From NCBI GenBank assembly GCA_964438505.1, contig CAYTKN010000015.1:1883-65882 (forward strand): a stretch of DNA of 64,000 nucleotides, given 5' to 3'. Positions 1 through 8,989 of the stretch are shown one piece after another; the stretch's first letter is position 1; the number at the start of each line of letters is the position of its first letter. Below the pieces are notes generated by a model, which did no database searches, was not told where the DNA came from, and saw only the letters and a program-made list of their open reading frames with translations. The stretch comes from an uncultured Burkholderiales bacterium. Lineage in GTDB: Bacteria > Actinomycetota > Acidimicrobiia > IMCC26256 > JACPCJ01. The position numbers and the translations under genes were made by a program.

Positions 1-1358
1 AGACCGCCGAGCTCTTCGACCATCCCTACGAGGTCAAGCCCGCCAAGCTGCCGCCGGGGCGCTACCGCAACGTCACCGGCAACCAGGCGCTCGCCATGGG
101 CCTCGTCGCCGCCGGCAACCTCTCGGGGCTGCCGATCTTCCTCGGCTCGTACCCGATCACCCCCGCCTCCGACGTGCTCCACATCCTCTCGGGCTACAAG
201 GAGTTCGGGATCCGCACCCTCCAGGCCGAGGACGAGATCGGAGCCGTCGGCATGGCGCTCGGCGCGGCCTTCGGCGGCTCCCTCGGGGTGACCACCACCA
301 GCGGCCCCGGCCTCGACCTCAAGGCCGAGACCATCGGCCTGGCGTTGAGCCTGGAGCTGCCGCTGATCGTCATCGACATCCAGCGCGGCGGCCCGAGCAC
401 CGGCCTGCCCACCAAGACCGAGCAGAGCGACCTGCTGCACGCCATGTACGGACGGCACGGCGAGTCGCCGCTGCCGATCGTGGCCGCCCAGTCGCCCAGC
501 GACTGCTTCGCCACCGCCATCGAGGCGGTGCGCATCGCCGTCAAGTACCGCACCCCGGTGATCCTGCTCTCCGACAACTACCTGGCCAACGGCTCCGAGC
601 CGTGGCTGCTGCCCGACGTCGAGTCGCTGCCCGAGATGCCCGTCGAGTTCGCCCGGGAGGTCAACGGCACCGACAGCGAGGGCAACCCCTCGTTCCTGCC
701 CTACGAGCGCGACCCCGACACGCTCGCCCGGCCGTGGGCGATCCCCGGCACCCCCGGCCTCGAGCACCGCATCGGCGGGCTCGAGAAGGCCGACCGCACC
801 GGCAACGTCTCCTACGACCCGGCGAACCACGAGCGGATGACCCGCCTGCGCGCCGAGAAGGTCGCCGGGATCGTCGACGACATCCCCGGCGCCGACGTCG
901 ACCACCAGGAGGGCGCCCGGGTGCTGCTGCTCGGATGGGGCAGCAGTTGGGGAGCGATCAAGGCGGCGACCCGGCGCCTGCGGGCCCGCGGGCGCACCGT
1001 GGCGCGGTGCCACCTCCGCCACCTCAACCCGCTCCCCGGCAACCTCGGCGAGATCCTCGAGCGCTACGAGCACGTCCTCGTCCCCGAGATGAACCGGGGC
1101 CAGCTCACCCGTCTGGTGCGCGCCGAGTACCTCGTCGACGCCCAGGTGCTCTCGAAGGTGCAGGGCCTGCCGTTCCGCTCCGCCGAGATCGAGCACCGCG
1201 TCCTCGAGCTCCTCGGCGACACCGAACCGTACGAGGGTGCCGAGTACACCGAGGACGACCTCGTCGGCCACACGGGCCACGCCGGCGACGGCGCCGGCGA
1301 CGGCGACGGCGACGGCGACGGCAGCGAGCCCAGCGAGCACGAGGAGAAGACGGCCTGA
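1..1358 (+). CDS. korA: 2-oxoacid:ferredoxin oxidoreductase alpha subunit (KorA-like), 5' end cut by window edge
   Basis: The frame is open from the window start (..YRNVTGNQALAMGLVAAG..) and the track ORF is 96..1358. It has PFOR-family motifs (GSYPITPASD, TTSGPGL). The stop and next start form a TGATG junction at 1356-1360. The C-terminus carries a GDGAGDGDGDGDG tail. Confidence 0.85.
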   Translation, partial: TAELFDHPYEVKPAKLPPGRYRNVTGNQALAMGLVAAGNLSGLPIFLGSYPITPASDVLHILSGYKEFGIRTLQAEDEIGAVGMALGAAFGGSLGVTTTSGPGLDLKAETIGLALSLELPLIVIDIQRGGPSTGLPTKTEQSDLLHAMYGRHGESPLPIVAAQSPSDCFATAIEAVRIAVKYRTPVILLSDNYLANGSEPWLLPDVESLPEMPVEFAREVNGTDSEGNPSFLPYERDPDTLARPWAIPGTPGLEHRIGGLEKADRTGNVSYDPANHERMTRLRAEKVAGIVDDIPGADVDHQEGARVLLLGWGSSWGAIKAATRRLRARGRTVARCHLRHLNPLPGNLGEILERYEHVLVPEMNRGQLTRLVRAEYLVDAQVLSKVQGLPFRSAEIEHRVLELLGDTEPYEGAEYTEDDLVGHTGHAGDGAGDGDGDGDGSEPSEHEEKTA

Positions 1359-2422
1359 TGGCACCCACCGACACCACCGCGGGCAACGGCGACGGCAACG
1401 GCGAGGTCGCCGTCAAGCTCGGCCGCAAGGACTTCAAGAGCGACCAGGAGGTCCGCTGGTGCCCCGGCTGCGGCGACTACTCGGTGCTCACCGCCGTGCA
1501 GCTCCTCCTGCCCGAGCTCGGGGTGCGGCCCGAGTCGCAGGTGTTCGTCTCCGGCATCGGCTGCGCGGCGCGGTTCCCCTACTACATGAGCACCTACGGG
1601 ATGCACGGCATCCACGGCCGGGCGCCCGCCATCGCCACGGGCCTCGCCGTGACCCGCCCCGACCTCGACGTGTGGGTGGTCACCGGTGACGGCGACTCGC
1701 TCTCGATCGGCGCCAACCACCTCATCCAGGCCCTGCGCCGCAACGTGAACATCACGATCCTGCTGTTCAACAACCAGATCTACGGGCTGACCAAGGGCCA
1801 GTACTCGCCGACCAGCGAGGAGGGCAAGGTCACCAAGTCGACGCCGTTCGGCTCCCTCGAGCAGCCCTTCAACCCGATCTCGCTGACGCTCGGGGCCGAG
1901 GCCACGTTCGTGGCGCGCACCCACGACATGGACCGCAAGCACATGATGGAGACGTTCCGGCGCGCCCACGAGCACCGCGGGGCGGCGTTCGTCGAGATCT
2001 ACCAGAACTGCAACGTCTTCAACGACGGAGCGTTCTCGGCGGTCACCAACAAGAAGGTCCGCGACGACATGCTGATCGACCTCGTCCACGGGGAGCCGAT
2101 CCGCTTCGGGGTCGACGGACAGCACGGCGTGGTCCTCGACGACGGCGGGGAGGCCCGCACCGTGGAGGTCGACGAGGTCGGCGAGGAGCGCCTGCTCGTC
2201 CACGACGAGACCCGCCGCGACCCGTCGGTGGCGTTCGCGCTGTCGCGCCTCGCCGACCAGCCGACCACGCCGACCCCCGTCGGCGTGTTCCGGGCGGTCG
2301 ACAAGCCCGAGTACGGCGCCCAGATGCGCGACCAGATCGACGCGACGGTCGAACAGCGCGGCGAGGGCGAGCTCGGGGCGCTCCTGGCATCCGGGCCGGT
2401 CTGGGACGTGCCCGGACGCTGA
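1358..2422 (+). CDS. korB: 2-oxoacid:ferredoxin oxidoreductase beta subunit (KorB-like, TPP-binding)
   Basis: This is the in-frame ATG at 1358 inside track ORF 602..2422. The product reads MAPTDTT..VRWCPGCGDYSVL..GIGCAARFPYY..VVTGDGDSLSIG, typical of a KorB TPP domain. The Arg-rich part upstream of 1358 overlaps korA and is not coding. Confidence 0.88.
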   Translation: MAPTDTTAGNGDGNGEVAVKLGRKDFKSDQEVRWCPGCGDYSVLTAVQLLLPELGVRPESQVFVSGIGCAARFPYYMSTYGMHGIHGRAPAIATGLAVTRPDLDVWVVTGDGDSLSIGANHLIQALRRNVNITILLFNNQIYGLTKGQYSPTSEEGKVTKSTPFGSLEQPFNPISLTLGAEATFVARTHDMDRKHMMETFRRAHEHRGAAFVEIYQNCNVFNDGAFSAVTNKKVRDDMLIDLVHGEPIRFGVDGQHGVVLDDGGEARTVEVDEVGEERLLVHDETRRDPSVAFALSRLADQPTTPTPVGVFRAVDKPEYGAQMRDQIDATVEQRGEGELGALLASGPVWDVPGR

Positions 2423-2453
2423 GCGCGACCGGTCGATCACGGTCGAATCACGG

Positions 2454-2480
2454 TTGAAACGCCCGAACGTGGGGTAACAT
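2454..2480 (+). promoter_or_regulatory. Candidate sigma-70-type promoter (TTGAAA - 15 nt - TAACAT)
   Basis: TTGAAA lies at 2454-2459 and TAACAT (TANNNT) at 2475-2480, in the korB/secreted-protein spacer. Three ~10-11 bp direct repeats (ggtcgatcac/ggtcgaatcac/ggttgaaac) precede it. The 15 nt spacer is shorter than optimal. Confidence 0.3.
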
Positions 2481-2572
2481 CTGGGTCGCGGGCAGGCATC
2501 GGGCGCCTCGGCGTCGAAGTGCTCCCTGTCCCACCGCAGAACTCAGTCGCACCACACGAGGGGCACCAACCA

Positions 2573-4024
2573 GTGAGTCGTACCAGCAACCTCGGGATCC
2601 CCGCCGAACGCGCCCGCGCCGCACCGCCGCAGGCACGCCTGCGCCTCGGTGTGCTGCTCGTGGTGCTCGCGCTCGCCGCCGTGCCGTTCGGCTTCGCCTC
2701 CGGCGCGGCGCACGCCCAGGAGGCGGCCGATCCGTCGAAGGCCAAGCCCCTCTCGGTCGACAAGGTCGCCACCTACACCCACAACCTCGGCAACACCGCC
2801 CCGCCGTCGATCACCGACCAGTTCCCGCCCCAGGCGCTCTGCCTCGTCGCGCCCCCCTTCTGCAGCGAGGACGCCGAGCAGATCAGCGACCCCGTCAACG
2901 ACGTCGTCGCCGGCGACGACGGCGAGGACGACAACCCGATCGAGGACGCCGTCGACCCCGAGGACGACGGGACCCAGCCCGAGGACACCGTGCCGTCCGA
3001 CCCGGCGACGCTCGCCCGCCCCGGCGACCTGCCGGTCTCGATCCTGCTCGGAGCCCCCCGCCACGAGTCGGCGATCAAGTTCGAGCTGCCCGAGGTGCCC
3101 GACGACCACCAGGTCAGCTCGTTCCGGGTGTTCCTCCGCGAGACCGACCCCACGTACCACTCCGACTCGCCCGCGTTCCGTCAGGGCATCGTCGCCGCCC
3201 TCCAGCTCGCCGCCCGTCAGGACCCCTCGGAGATCGACAAGATCCCCGAGAAGGACCTCGTGCAGAACGAGGAGCTCCAGGGCGTCGAGGCGTGCCCGAT
3301 CCTCGAGCCCTTCGAGGAGGGGCGCGGCCGCCCGGGCTCCGAGGCGCCCCAGGACTCGACCGAGGCCGACGAGCCGGGCCTCGACTGCGCGCTCGGCGCC
3401 AACGGCCAGCGGATCTTCGACGAGGACGGCACCGTGCTGTGGGTCTTCGACCTGACGTTCGCCGCCGACGCGTGGAACGAGGGCGAGATCCCCAACGAGG
3501 GCGTGCTGTTCCGGCCCGTCGCCGCTCCGAACCTCGCCCACGGCGACCCCGACCTCACCACCAGCGAGCAGGTGACCTTCGAGGGGCCGGCCGAGGAGGG
3601 CGCTTCCGACGAGGAGCAGGCCGCAGCCCCGGCCTTCACGATGGCGACCGAGCCGAAGCCCGAGCCGGTCAGCTTCGACGACTTCCCGACCGTCCAGCAG
3701 CAGAGCGGGACGACCTCGGCGCCCGAGCCGACGTCGAGTCCGAGCGCCCCGCAGACCTTCACCGAGACGGTCGGCGCTCCGCCGTCTCCGAGCGCGCCGG
3801 TCTCCACCACGCAGCCGTCCACGCCGCCGCCGACCTCGGACGAGACGCAGGTCGCGGCCCCCGCGCTGTCCACGAGCGACCCCGTCACCGAGCCGTGGGT
3901 GTGGCTGTTCGTGCCGGCGCTGCTCGCCGGCGGGTACCTGACCACGCAGGCGCTCACGGCCTCGCCGCAGGTCGCCGTCGAGCGCTCGGGAGCGATGACC
4001 AGGCTCATCGAGAGCCGTCGCTAG
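2573..4024 (+). CDS. Hypothetical secreted, acidic, Pro/Ser/Thr-rich protein with a C-terminal membrane anchor
   Basis: Track ORF 2519..4024. I prefer the GTG at 2573, with GAGGGG 10 nt upstream, though 2519 remains possible. It has a signal-peptide-like RLRLGVLLVVLALAAVPFGFASGAAHA-QE, four Cys, a PS/T-rich linker, and a C-terminal hydrophobic helix WVWLFVPALLAGGYL. I recognise no family. Confidence 0.6.
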   Translation: MSRTSNLGIPAERARAAPPQARLRLGVLLVVLALAAVPFGFASGAAHAQEAADPSKAKPLSVDKVATYTHNLGNTAPPSITDQFPPQALCLVAPPFCSEDAEQISDPVNDVVAGDDGEDDNPIEDAVDPEDDGTQPEDTVPSDPATLARPGDLPVSILLGAPRHESAIKFELPEVPDDHQVSSFRVFLRETDPTYHSDSPAFRQGIVAALQLAARQDPSEIDKIPEKDLVQNEELQGVEACPILEPFEEGRGRPGSEAPQDSTEADEPGLDCALGANGQRIFDEDGTVLWVFDLTFAADAWNEGEIPNEGVLFRPVAAPNLAHGDPDLTTSEQVTFEGPAEEGASDEEQAAAPAFTMATEPKPEPVSFDDFPTVQQQSGTTSAPEPTSSPSAPQTFTETVGAPPSPSAPVSTTQPSTPPPTSDETQVAAPALSTSDPVTEPWVWLFVPALLAGGYLTTQALTASPQVAVERSGAMTRLIESRR

Positions 4025-4065
4025 GAGTCACGGACAGACAGCAGGCAGGACGCCCGGCAGGCACC

Positions 4066-4092
4066 GGGGGCGCGGAGCGCTCGAACGCCCCC
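4066..4092 (+). terminator. Candidate GC-rich hairpin terminator (no U-tract)
   Basis: A 7-bp stem pairs gggggcg (4066-4072) with cgccccc (4086-4092). The loop contains the self-complementary gagcgctc. It lies 42 nt after the TAG at 4022-4024. Confidence 0.3.
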
Positions 4093-4141
4093 TGAGCAGC
4101 CGAGGCAGCCGACCATCCGACGAGTCGAGGGTTCGACAACC

Positions 4142-5671
4142 ATGCTCACCGGTCACAGCAAGCGGATCACGGTCCTGGTCTTCGTGGTGGCGCTCGTCGC
4201 CGCCGCCTGCGGCCAGAAGGAAGGGACGCACGTCGCCGCGGGCGACCCCGCCGCGTCGCGCTCGACCGAGGCCGGAGGCATCGACACCGCCGCGGGCGAC
4301 GCGGCGCGCCAGACCGGCGACGCCGCGGCCTCCGGGGTCGACGGGACGGCCGATGCGGCCGAGCGCACCACCCGCACCGTCACCCGTACCGCCGGCGGGG
4401 GCGAGGGCACGACCGGTGGCGGCACGGCCGGCGGCGGCACGGCCGGCGGCGGAGGCGGTACCGCCGGCGGAGGTGGCGGTGGCGACGGCGGCGCCCTCGA
4501 GCCGCAGGGCTCCGACCGCACCGGCGTGTCCGAGAGCCGGATCACCCTCGGCGTCCACGCCCCGGTCACGGGCGCGGCCCCGCTGCCGAGCACCTCGTTC
4601 GAGAACCTCCGCGACATCTACTGGAAGTGGAAGGTCGACCAGGGCGGCGACGTGCTCGGGCGCAGCGAGGTCGAGGTGCTCTTCCGCGACGACAAGTACT
4701 CGCCCTCCTCGGCCCGGCAGGTGTGCCGCGAGATGGCCGACCGGGCGTTCCTGCTCGTCGGCGGCGGCGGCACCGACCAGATTCAGGCCTGCGGCGACTT
4801 CTCCAACCGGGCCCAGGTGCCGTACCTCTCCGCCGGGGTGACCGAGCGCGGCCTGCGCGGTCTGCCCTGGTACTACGCCACCTCGATGTCGTACAAGCAG
4901 CAGGGCGACCTGCTCGGCCAGTACGTGTCCAAGAGCTTCCCCGACTCCAAGGTGGCGATGATCGTCACCGACACCCCCAACTTCGACGACGCCGTCGCCG
5001 GTTGGGAGGCGGCGGTGGAGCGCTACGGGATCGACTACTACAAGACGCTCTCGCATCCCAAGCAGGACCAGTCCTGGTACAACTCCTACGGCAACGAGCT
5101 GAAGAACGAGGGCGTCGACGTCGTCTACATGCTCACCTCGCCCGTCGACTACATCCAGTTCGCGCAGCAGAACGAGAACGACGACGGCGGGCCCGGGTTC
5201 CAGTACGTGGGCGTCGGCATCACGATGGCGCTCAACGCGATCCTCCCCACCGGCTGCACGTCGGTCGACGGCGGCATCTTCTTCTCGCCGTTCCCCGGCC
5301 TCGACTGGGCGCGCCAGAACGTGCCGACGTACTTCGAGGCCGCCGAGGAGTTCGGTGGCGGCGCGGAGGCCGACGACCTCGGCCTGGCGCTGTGGATGCT
5401 GGCCGCCCAGCAGGACCTCATGTTCGACCGCTATCAGCAGACCTTCGGGAACGACCTCACCCGCGAGGACTTCCGGGCCGCGCTCGAGCGCCAGCAGGGC
5501 ATGGAGACCGGGATCGGTCCGCCGCTCAGCTACACGCCCGACGACCACTTCGGCGCCGGCCAGGTGCACGTCCTCCAGGCCGACTGCTCCGAGGACAAGG
5601 ACCGCGACGGCGACGGCGAGGAAGACGGGCCCGAGTACGTCACCCTCCAGACCTTCGCCAGCGGCTTCTGA
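4142..5671 (+). CDS. ABC transporter substrate-binding lipoprotein, branched-chain amino acid (LivJ/Leu-Ile-Val-binding) family
   Basis: It has a signal peptide plus lipobox (LVAAAC at the N-terminus) and a Gly-rich low-complexity linker (GGGTAGGGTAGGGGG). A type-I periplasmic binding fold is suggested by sequence features. It is followed directly by livHMGF-type genes. Confidence 0.75.
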   Translation: MLTGHSKRITVLVFVVALVAAACGQKEGTHVAAGDPAASRSTEAGGIDTAAGDAARQTGDAAASGVDGTADAAERTTRTVTRTAGGGEGTTGGGTAGGGTAGGGGGTAGGGGGGDGGALEPQGSDRTGVSESRITLGVHAPVTGAAPLPSTSFENLRDIYWKWKVDQGGDVLGRSEVEVLFRDDKYSPSSARQVCREMADRAFLLVGGGGTDQIQACGDFSNRAQVPYLSAGVTERGLRGLPWYYATSMSYKQQGDLLGQYVSKSFPDSKVAMIVTDTPNFDDAVAGWEAAVERYGIDYYKTLSHPKQDQSWYNSYGNELKNEGVDVVYMLTSPVDYIQFAQQNENDDGGPGFQYVGVGITMALNAILPTGCTSVDGGIFFSPFPGLDWARQNVPTYFEAAEEFGGGAEADDLGLALWMLAAQQDLMFDRYQQTFGNDLTREDFRAALERQQGMETGIGPPLSYTPDDHFGAGQVHVLQADCSEDKDRDGDGEEDGPEYVTLQTFASGF

Positions 5672-5803
5672 GAGCCCGCCGCCCGGCGTCGTGACGGGCG
5701 CATCGCTCCCGCGACCCGACCCGGCGAGAACTCACCGCGCGTGAGCGGCTAGCCTGCCACCCGACACCGTGCGTACCGGGGGGTCGGTCGCAGTGGAGGT
5801 CGA

Positions 5804-6916
5804 GTGCCGACGACCAAGGGTGACGTGAGCGACGACGTCCAGGACGCGGACGAGGCCCCCGAGGCGGCCGCGCGGACGTCCCTCGAGGAGAGCGTCGAGC
5901 GGGCGCGCTCGACGGCGACGAGCCTCGTCGAGAGCCGAACGGCACAGCTCTGGGCCGGCGCGGCGCTCGCCACGCTGGTCCTGCTCCTCCTCGCCGGGGT
6001 CTCGGTCTCCAGCGTCCTGGTGATCGGCCTCCAGCGCGGCGCCGTGTTCAGCCTCATCGGCTTGGGCCTCGCCCTCGTCTACAAGGCCACCCGCGTCCTC
6101 AACTTCGCCCAGGCCGCGCTCGGCAGCGCGCCGGCGTTCCTCGCCTACGCCGTCATGGTCGGATCGCTCGGCGCCGACATCCGCGCGAGCCTCGACACCG
6201 GTCGGCTCTGGTGGGCGACGCTCCTCGCCATCGCCTTCGGCGTCCTCCTCGCCCTGCTCATCAACGTCCTCGTCGTCCAGCGCCTCGCCAACGTCACCGG
6301 CGTGACCACGCTCGTCGCCACCGCCGGCGTGCTCCTCCTCATCGTGCAGGGACAGGTCCTCATCTTCGAGGCCCAGCCCCGGCCCTTCCCCCGCTACATC
6401 GAGGGCGACCTGTTCAGCGTGGGCAACACCGCGGTGCCCTGGCACACCGTCCTCATCGTGGTCGTGCTGATCGCGGCGGCGACGGCGCTCGCCCTCTTCT
6501 TCCGCACCCCCCTCGGCATCGCGCTGCTCGCCACCGCGCAGGAGCCCTTCGCGGCCGAGCTCGCCGGAGTCTCGGTGCGGCGGATGTCCGCCCTGGCGTG
6601 GGGCCTCGCCGGCGCGCTCGGCGCCATCGGAGGCCTCCTGGGCGCCGGGGTGTTCGAGGGCATCACGCCCGGGTTCATGCTGGCCCGCTTCTTCATCCCG
6701 GCGTTCGTCGGCGCGGTGCTCGGCGGGCTGACCTCCATGGTCGGCGCGGTGCTCGGCGGGCTGCTCATCGGCCTCGTGGTCGCCCTGGCCACCGAAGCGG
6801 GCCTCGCCGTCAGCTTCCTCAACGACGTCCCCGGCATCCCCCAGATCGCGACCCTCACCGTCCTCGTGGCCGTGCTCCTGTTCCGGCCCCGCGGGCTGTT
6901 CGGCCAGGAGGCCTGA
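5804..6916 (+). CDS. livH: Branched-chain amino acid ABC transporter permease (LivH family)
   Basis: It is a multi-TM protein with GLQRGAVFSLIGLGLALVYKATRVLNFAQAAL, typical of LivH. It carries an unusual ~60-aa acidic N-terminal extension, so the true start may be internal. Confidence 0.8.
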   Translation: MPTTKGDVSDDVQDADEAPEAAARTSLEESVERARSTATSLVESRTAQLWAGAALATLVLLLLAGVSVSSVLVIGLQRGAVFSLIGLGLALVYKATRVLNFAQAALGSAPAFLAYAVMVGSLGADIRASLDTGRLWWATLLAIAFGVLLALLINVLVVQRLANVTGVTTLVATAGVLLLIVQGQVLIFEAQPRPFPRYIEGDLFSVGNTAVPWHTVLIVVVLIAAATALALFFRTPLGIALLATAQEPFAAELAGVSVRRMSALAWGLAGALGAIGGLLGAGVFEGITPGFMLARFFIPAFVGAVLGGLTSMVGAVLGGLLIGLVVALATEAGLAVSFLNDVPGIPQIATLTVLVAVLLFRPRGLFGQEA

Positions 6917-6919
6917 GCG

Positions 6920-8185
6920 GTGGCCGCCCCCGCTTCGCAGCGTGACGGTGGCAGCGGCGCCGCCGGCGGCTCCGGCGGTGTGGCCGTGACCCGCGGCTAC
7001 CTGGCCTCCGACCCGCGGACGCGCTGGTGGCCGTCGCCCCAGGGGGTGGCGGCCCGCCTGGCGGTGCTGGCCCTCATGGGCCTCGTGGTCGTCGCCGTGC
7101 CCCACGTGGTGCCGAGCATCCAGATCAACATCGTGGCGCGCGCCGCCGTGTTCGCCGTCATGGCGCTGTCGATGAACGTCCTGATCGGCTACGCCGGGCA
7201 GATCTCGCTCGGCCACCAGGCGTTCCTCGGGGTCGGCGCGTTCACCGCCGCGTACGTGCTCACCACCGCCCAGATGCCCTACGCGATCGCGCTGATCGCC
7301 TCGATCGCGACGGGCGCGGGCGCCGCCCTGATCCTGGGCGTCGTGGCCCTGCGGGTCCGCGGCCTGTACCTGGCGTTGGTGACGCTCACCTACGGCCTCT
7401 TCGCCCAGGAGGTGATCTTCAACCTCCGGGCGCTGACCGGCGGCGGGGCCGGCCTGCGGGCCCCGCGCCCGGAGCTCTTCAGCGGCGACATCGCGTACGT
7501 CTACTACTGCATCGCGGTGCTCGGCGTGGTGCTGCTCTTCGACTGGCGCCTCACCCGCACCAAGGCCGGGCGCGCCATCCAGGCGCTGCGCGACGACGAG
7601 CGCGTCGCCGCGGCGTGGGGGATCAACGTGACCGGGTACAAGCTGCTCGCCTTCGTGATCTCCGGCTCCGTCGCCGGCCTCGCCGGCATCCTCTTCGCCG
7701 GGATCGAGCAGGTGGTGGCGCCGGCGGACTTCGGGCTCACCCTCGGGTTGACGTTCCTGCTCATGACCGTCGTCGGCGGCACCGGCATCCGCTCGGGAGT
7801 CGTCCAGGGCGGGATCCTCTTCGCCGTGCTCCCCACCCTGCTCGACGAGGCGCACCAGAACTGGGACTTCTTCCCCTTCACCGCCATCGACGCGCTGTGG
7901 GAGCCGCTGATCGGGGCCCTGCTGCTCATCCTCACCCTGGTGGCCTTCCCCGGTGGCCTCGCCCAGCAGCAGGCGCACGCGCGACGCTGGCTGAGCTTCC
8001 AGCCCTTCGCCGATCACGGGCACGCCGACGACGAGGGCGAGGGCGCAGCGCAGGCCCGGGAGGCTCCCGGGAACGCCGGCAACACCGGCGACAGCGACGC
8101 CGCCGGCGACAGCGGGGGCAGCGGGGCCGCCGTGGCCTCGGGTCGCCGGTCGAGGGGCGCCAGACGCGTCCGGGGAGGCCGCTGA
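6920..8185 (+). CDS. livM: Branched-chain amino acid ABC transporter permease (LivM family)
   Basis: It is multi-TM with NVLIGYAGQISLGHQAFLGVGAFTAAY, typical of LivM. It has a low-complexity C-terminal tail. Confidence 0.8.
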   Translation: MAAPASQRDGGSGAAGGSGGVAVTRGYLASDPRTRWWPSPQGVAARLAVLALMGLVVVAVPHVVPSIQINIVARAAVFAVMALSMNVLIGYAGQISLGHQAFLGVGAFTAAYVLTTAQMPYAIALIASIATGAGAALILGVVALRVRGLYLALVTLTYGLFAQEVIFNLRALTGGGAGLRAPRPELFSGDIAYVYYCIAVLGVVLLFDWRLTRTKAGRAIQALRDDERVAAAWGINVTGYKLLAFVISGSVAGLAGILFAGIEQVVAPADFGLTLGLTFLLMTVVGGTGIRSGVVQGGILFAVLPTLLDEAHQNWDFFPFTAIDALWEPLIGALLLILTLVAFPGGLAQQQAHARRWLSFQPFADHGHADDEGEGAAQAREAPGNAGNTGDSDAAGDSGGSGAAVASGRRSRGARRVRGGR

Positions 8186-8187
8186 CC

Positions 8188-8985
8188 GTGGTCGAGGCAC
8201 CGATCGAGCTCCCGATGCTCGCCACCCAGGCGATCTCGGTCCGCTTCGGCGGGCTCCAGGCGCTCGACGCCGTCGACTTCCAGGTCAACGACGGCGAGAT
8301 CGTCGGCCTCATCGGGCCCAACGGCGCCGGCAAGACCACCTTCTTCAACATCATCACGGGCTACCAGGCGCCCGACAGCGGCCGCGTGTACTACCAGGGC
8401 CGCGACGTCACCTCCCTGCGCACCGACGAGCGGGCCCACCTCGGCATGGGGCGCACGTTCCAGCAGGTCGGCCTGGTCCGCTCCTTCACCGTCCTCGAGA
8501 ACGTGATGGTCGCCCAGCACCAGAAGATCGGCTACGACGTCGCCGGCGGCATGTTCGGCTCCCCCCGGAGCTGGGAGGAGGAGCGGGTCGTGGCTGACCG
8601 GGCCTTCGAGGTCCTCGACTACATGGGTCTGCTGCACCTCGCCCACGAGTCGCTCGACGGGCTGCCCTACGGGCTCCTCAAGCAGGTCGAGGTGGCCGCC
8701 ACCCTGGGCACCGACCCGGAGGTGCTCCTGCTCGACGAGCCCCTCGCCGGCCTCGCCCCCGAGGAGGTCGACGTGTTCGGGGAGCGGCTCCTGTCCATGC
8801 GCGAGGACCTGGGCCTCACCATCGTGGTGATCGAGCACCACGTGCCGTTCGTGCTGCGCGTGTGCGACTACATCTACGTCCTCAACTTCGGGCAGCTCCT
8901 CGCCGAGGGCGAGCCGCCCGACATCCGCAGGAACTCCGCCGTGGCGGAGGCGTACATGGGAGCGGGCGCCACGGCGCTGGGGTGA
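8188..8985 (+). CDS. livG: ABC transporter ATP-binding protein (LivG family)
   Basis: The GTG at 8188 is in frame within track ORF 7027..8985, 2 nt after the livM stop. It has Walker A (GPNGAGKTT), an LLLDEP Walker B, and a LivG-type C-terminus. Confidence 0.88.
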   Translation: MVEAPIELPMLATQAISVRFGGLQALDAVDFQVNDGEIVGLIGPNGAGKTTFFNIITGYQAPDSGRVYYQGRDVTSLRTDERAHLGMGRTFQQVGLVRSFTVLENVMVAQHQKIGYDVAGGMFGSPRSWEEERVVADRAFEVLDYMGLLHLAHESLDGLPYGLLKQVEVAATLGTDPEVLLLDEPLAGLAPEEVDVFGERLLSMREDLGLTIVVIEHHVPFVLRVCDYIYVLNFGQLLAEGEPPDIRRNSAVAEAYMGAGATALG

Positions 8986-8989
8986 TCCG

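Noticed and set aside
602-1357. The Arg/Pro-rich N-terminal 250 aa of track ORF 602..2422, as a potential long KorB.
   Set aside because: This part lies in an alternative frame of korA. KorB-family similarity begins only at the ATG at 1358, which is coupled to the korA stop.
5732-8200. An 822-aa ORF on the minus strand, antisense to livH/livM.
   Set aside because: Its composition is extreme Arg/Gly/Glu/Asp/His low-complexity with no recognisable domains, and it fully overlaps two well-supported permease genes. This is the typical antisense open frame of a very GC-rich genome.
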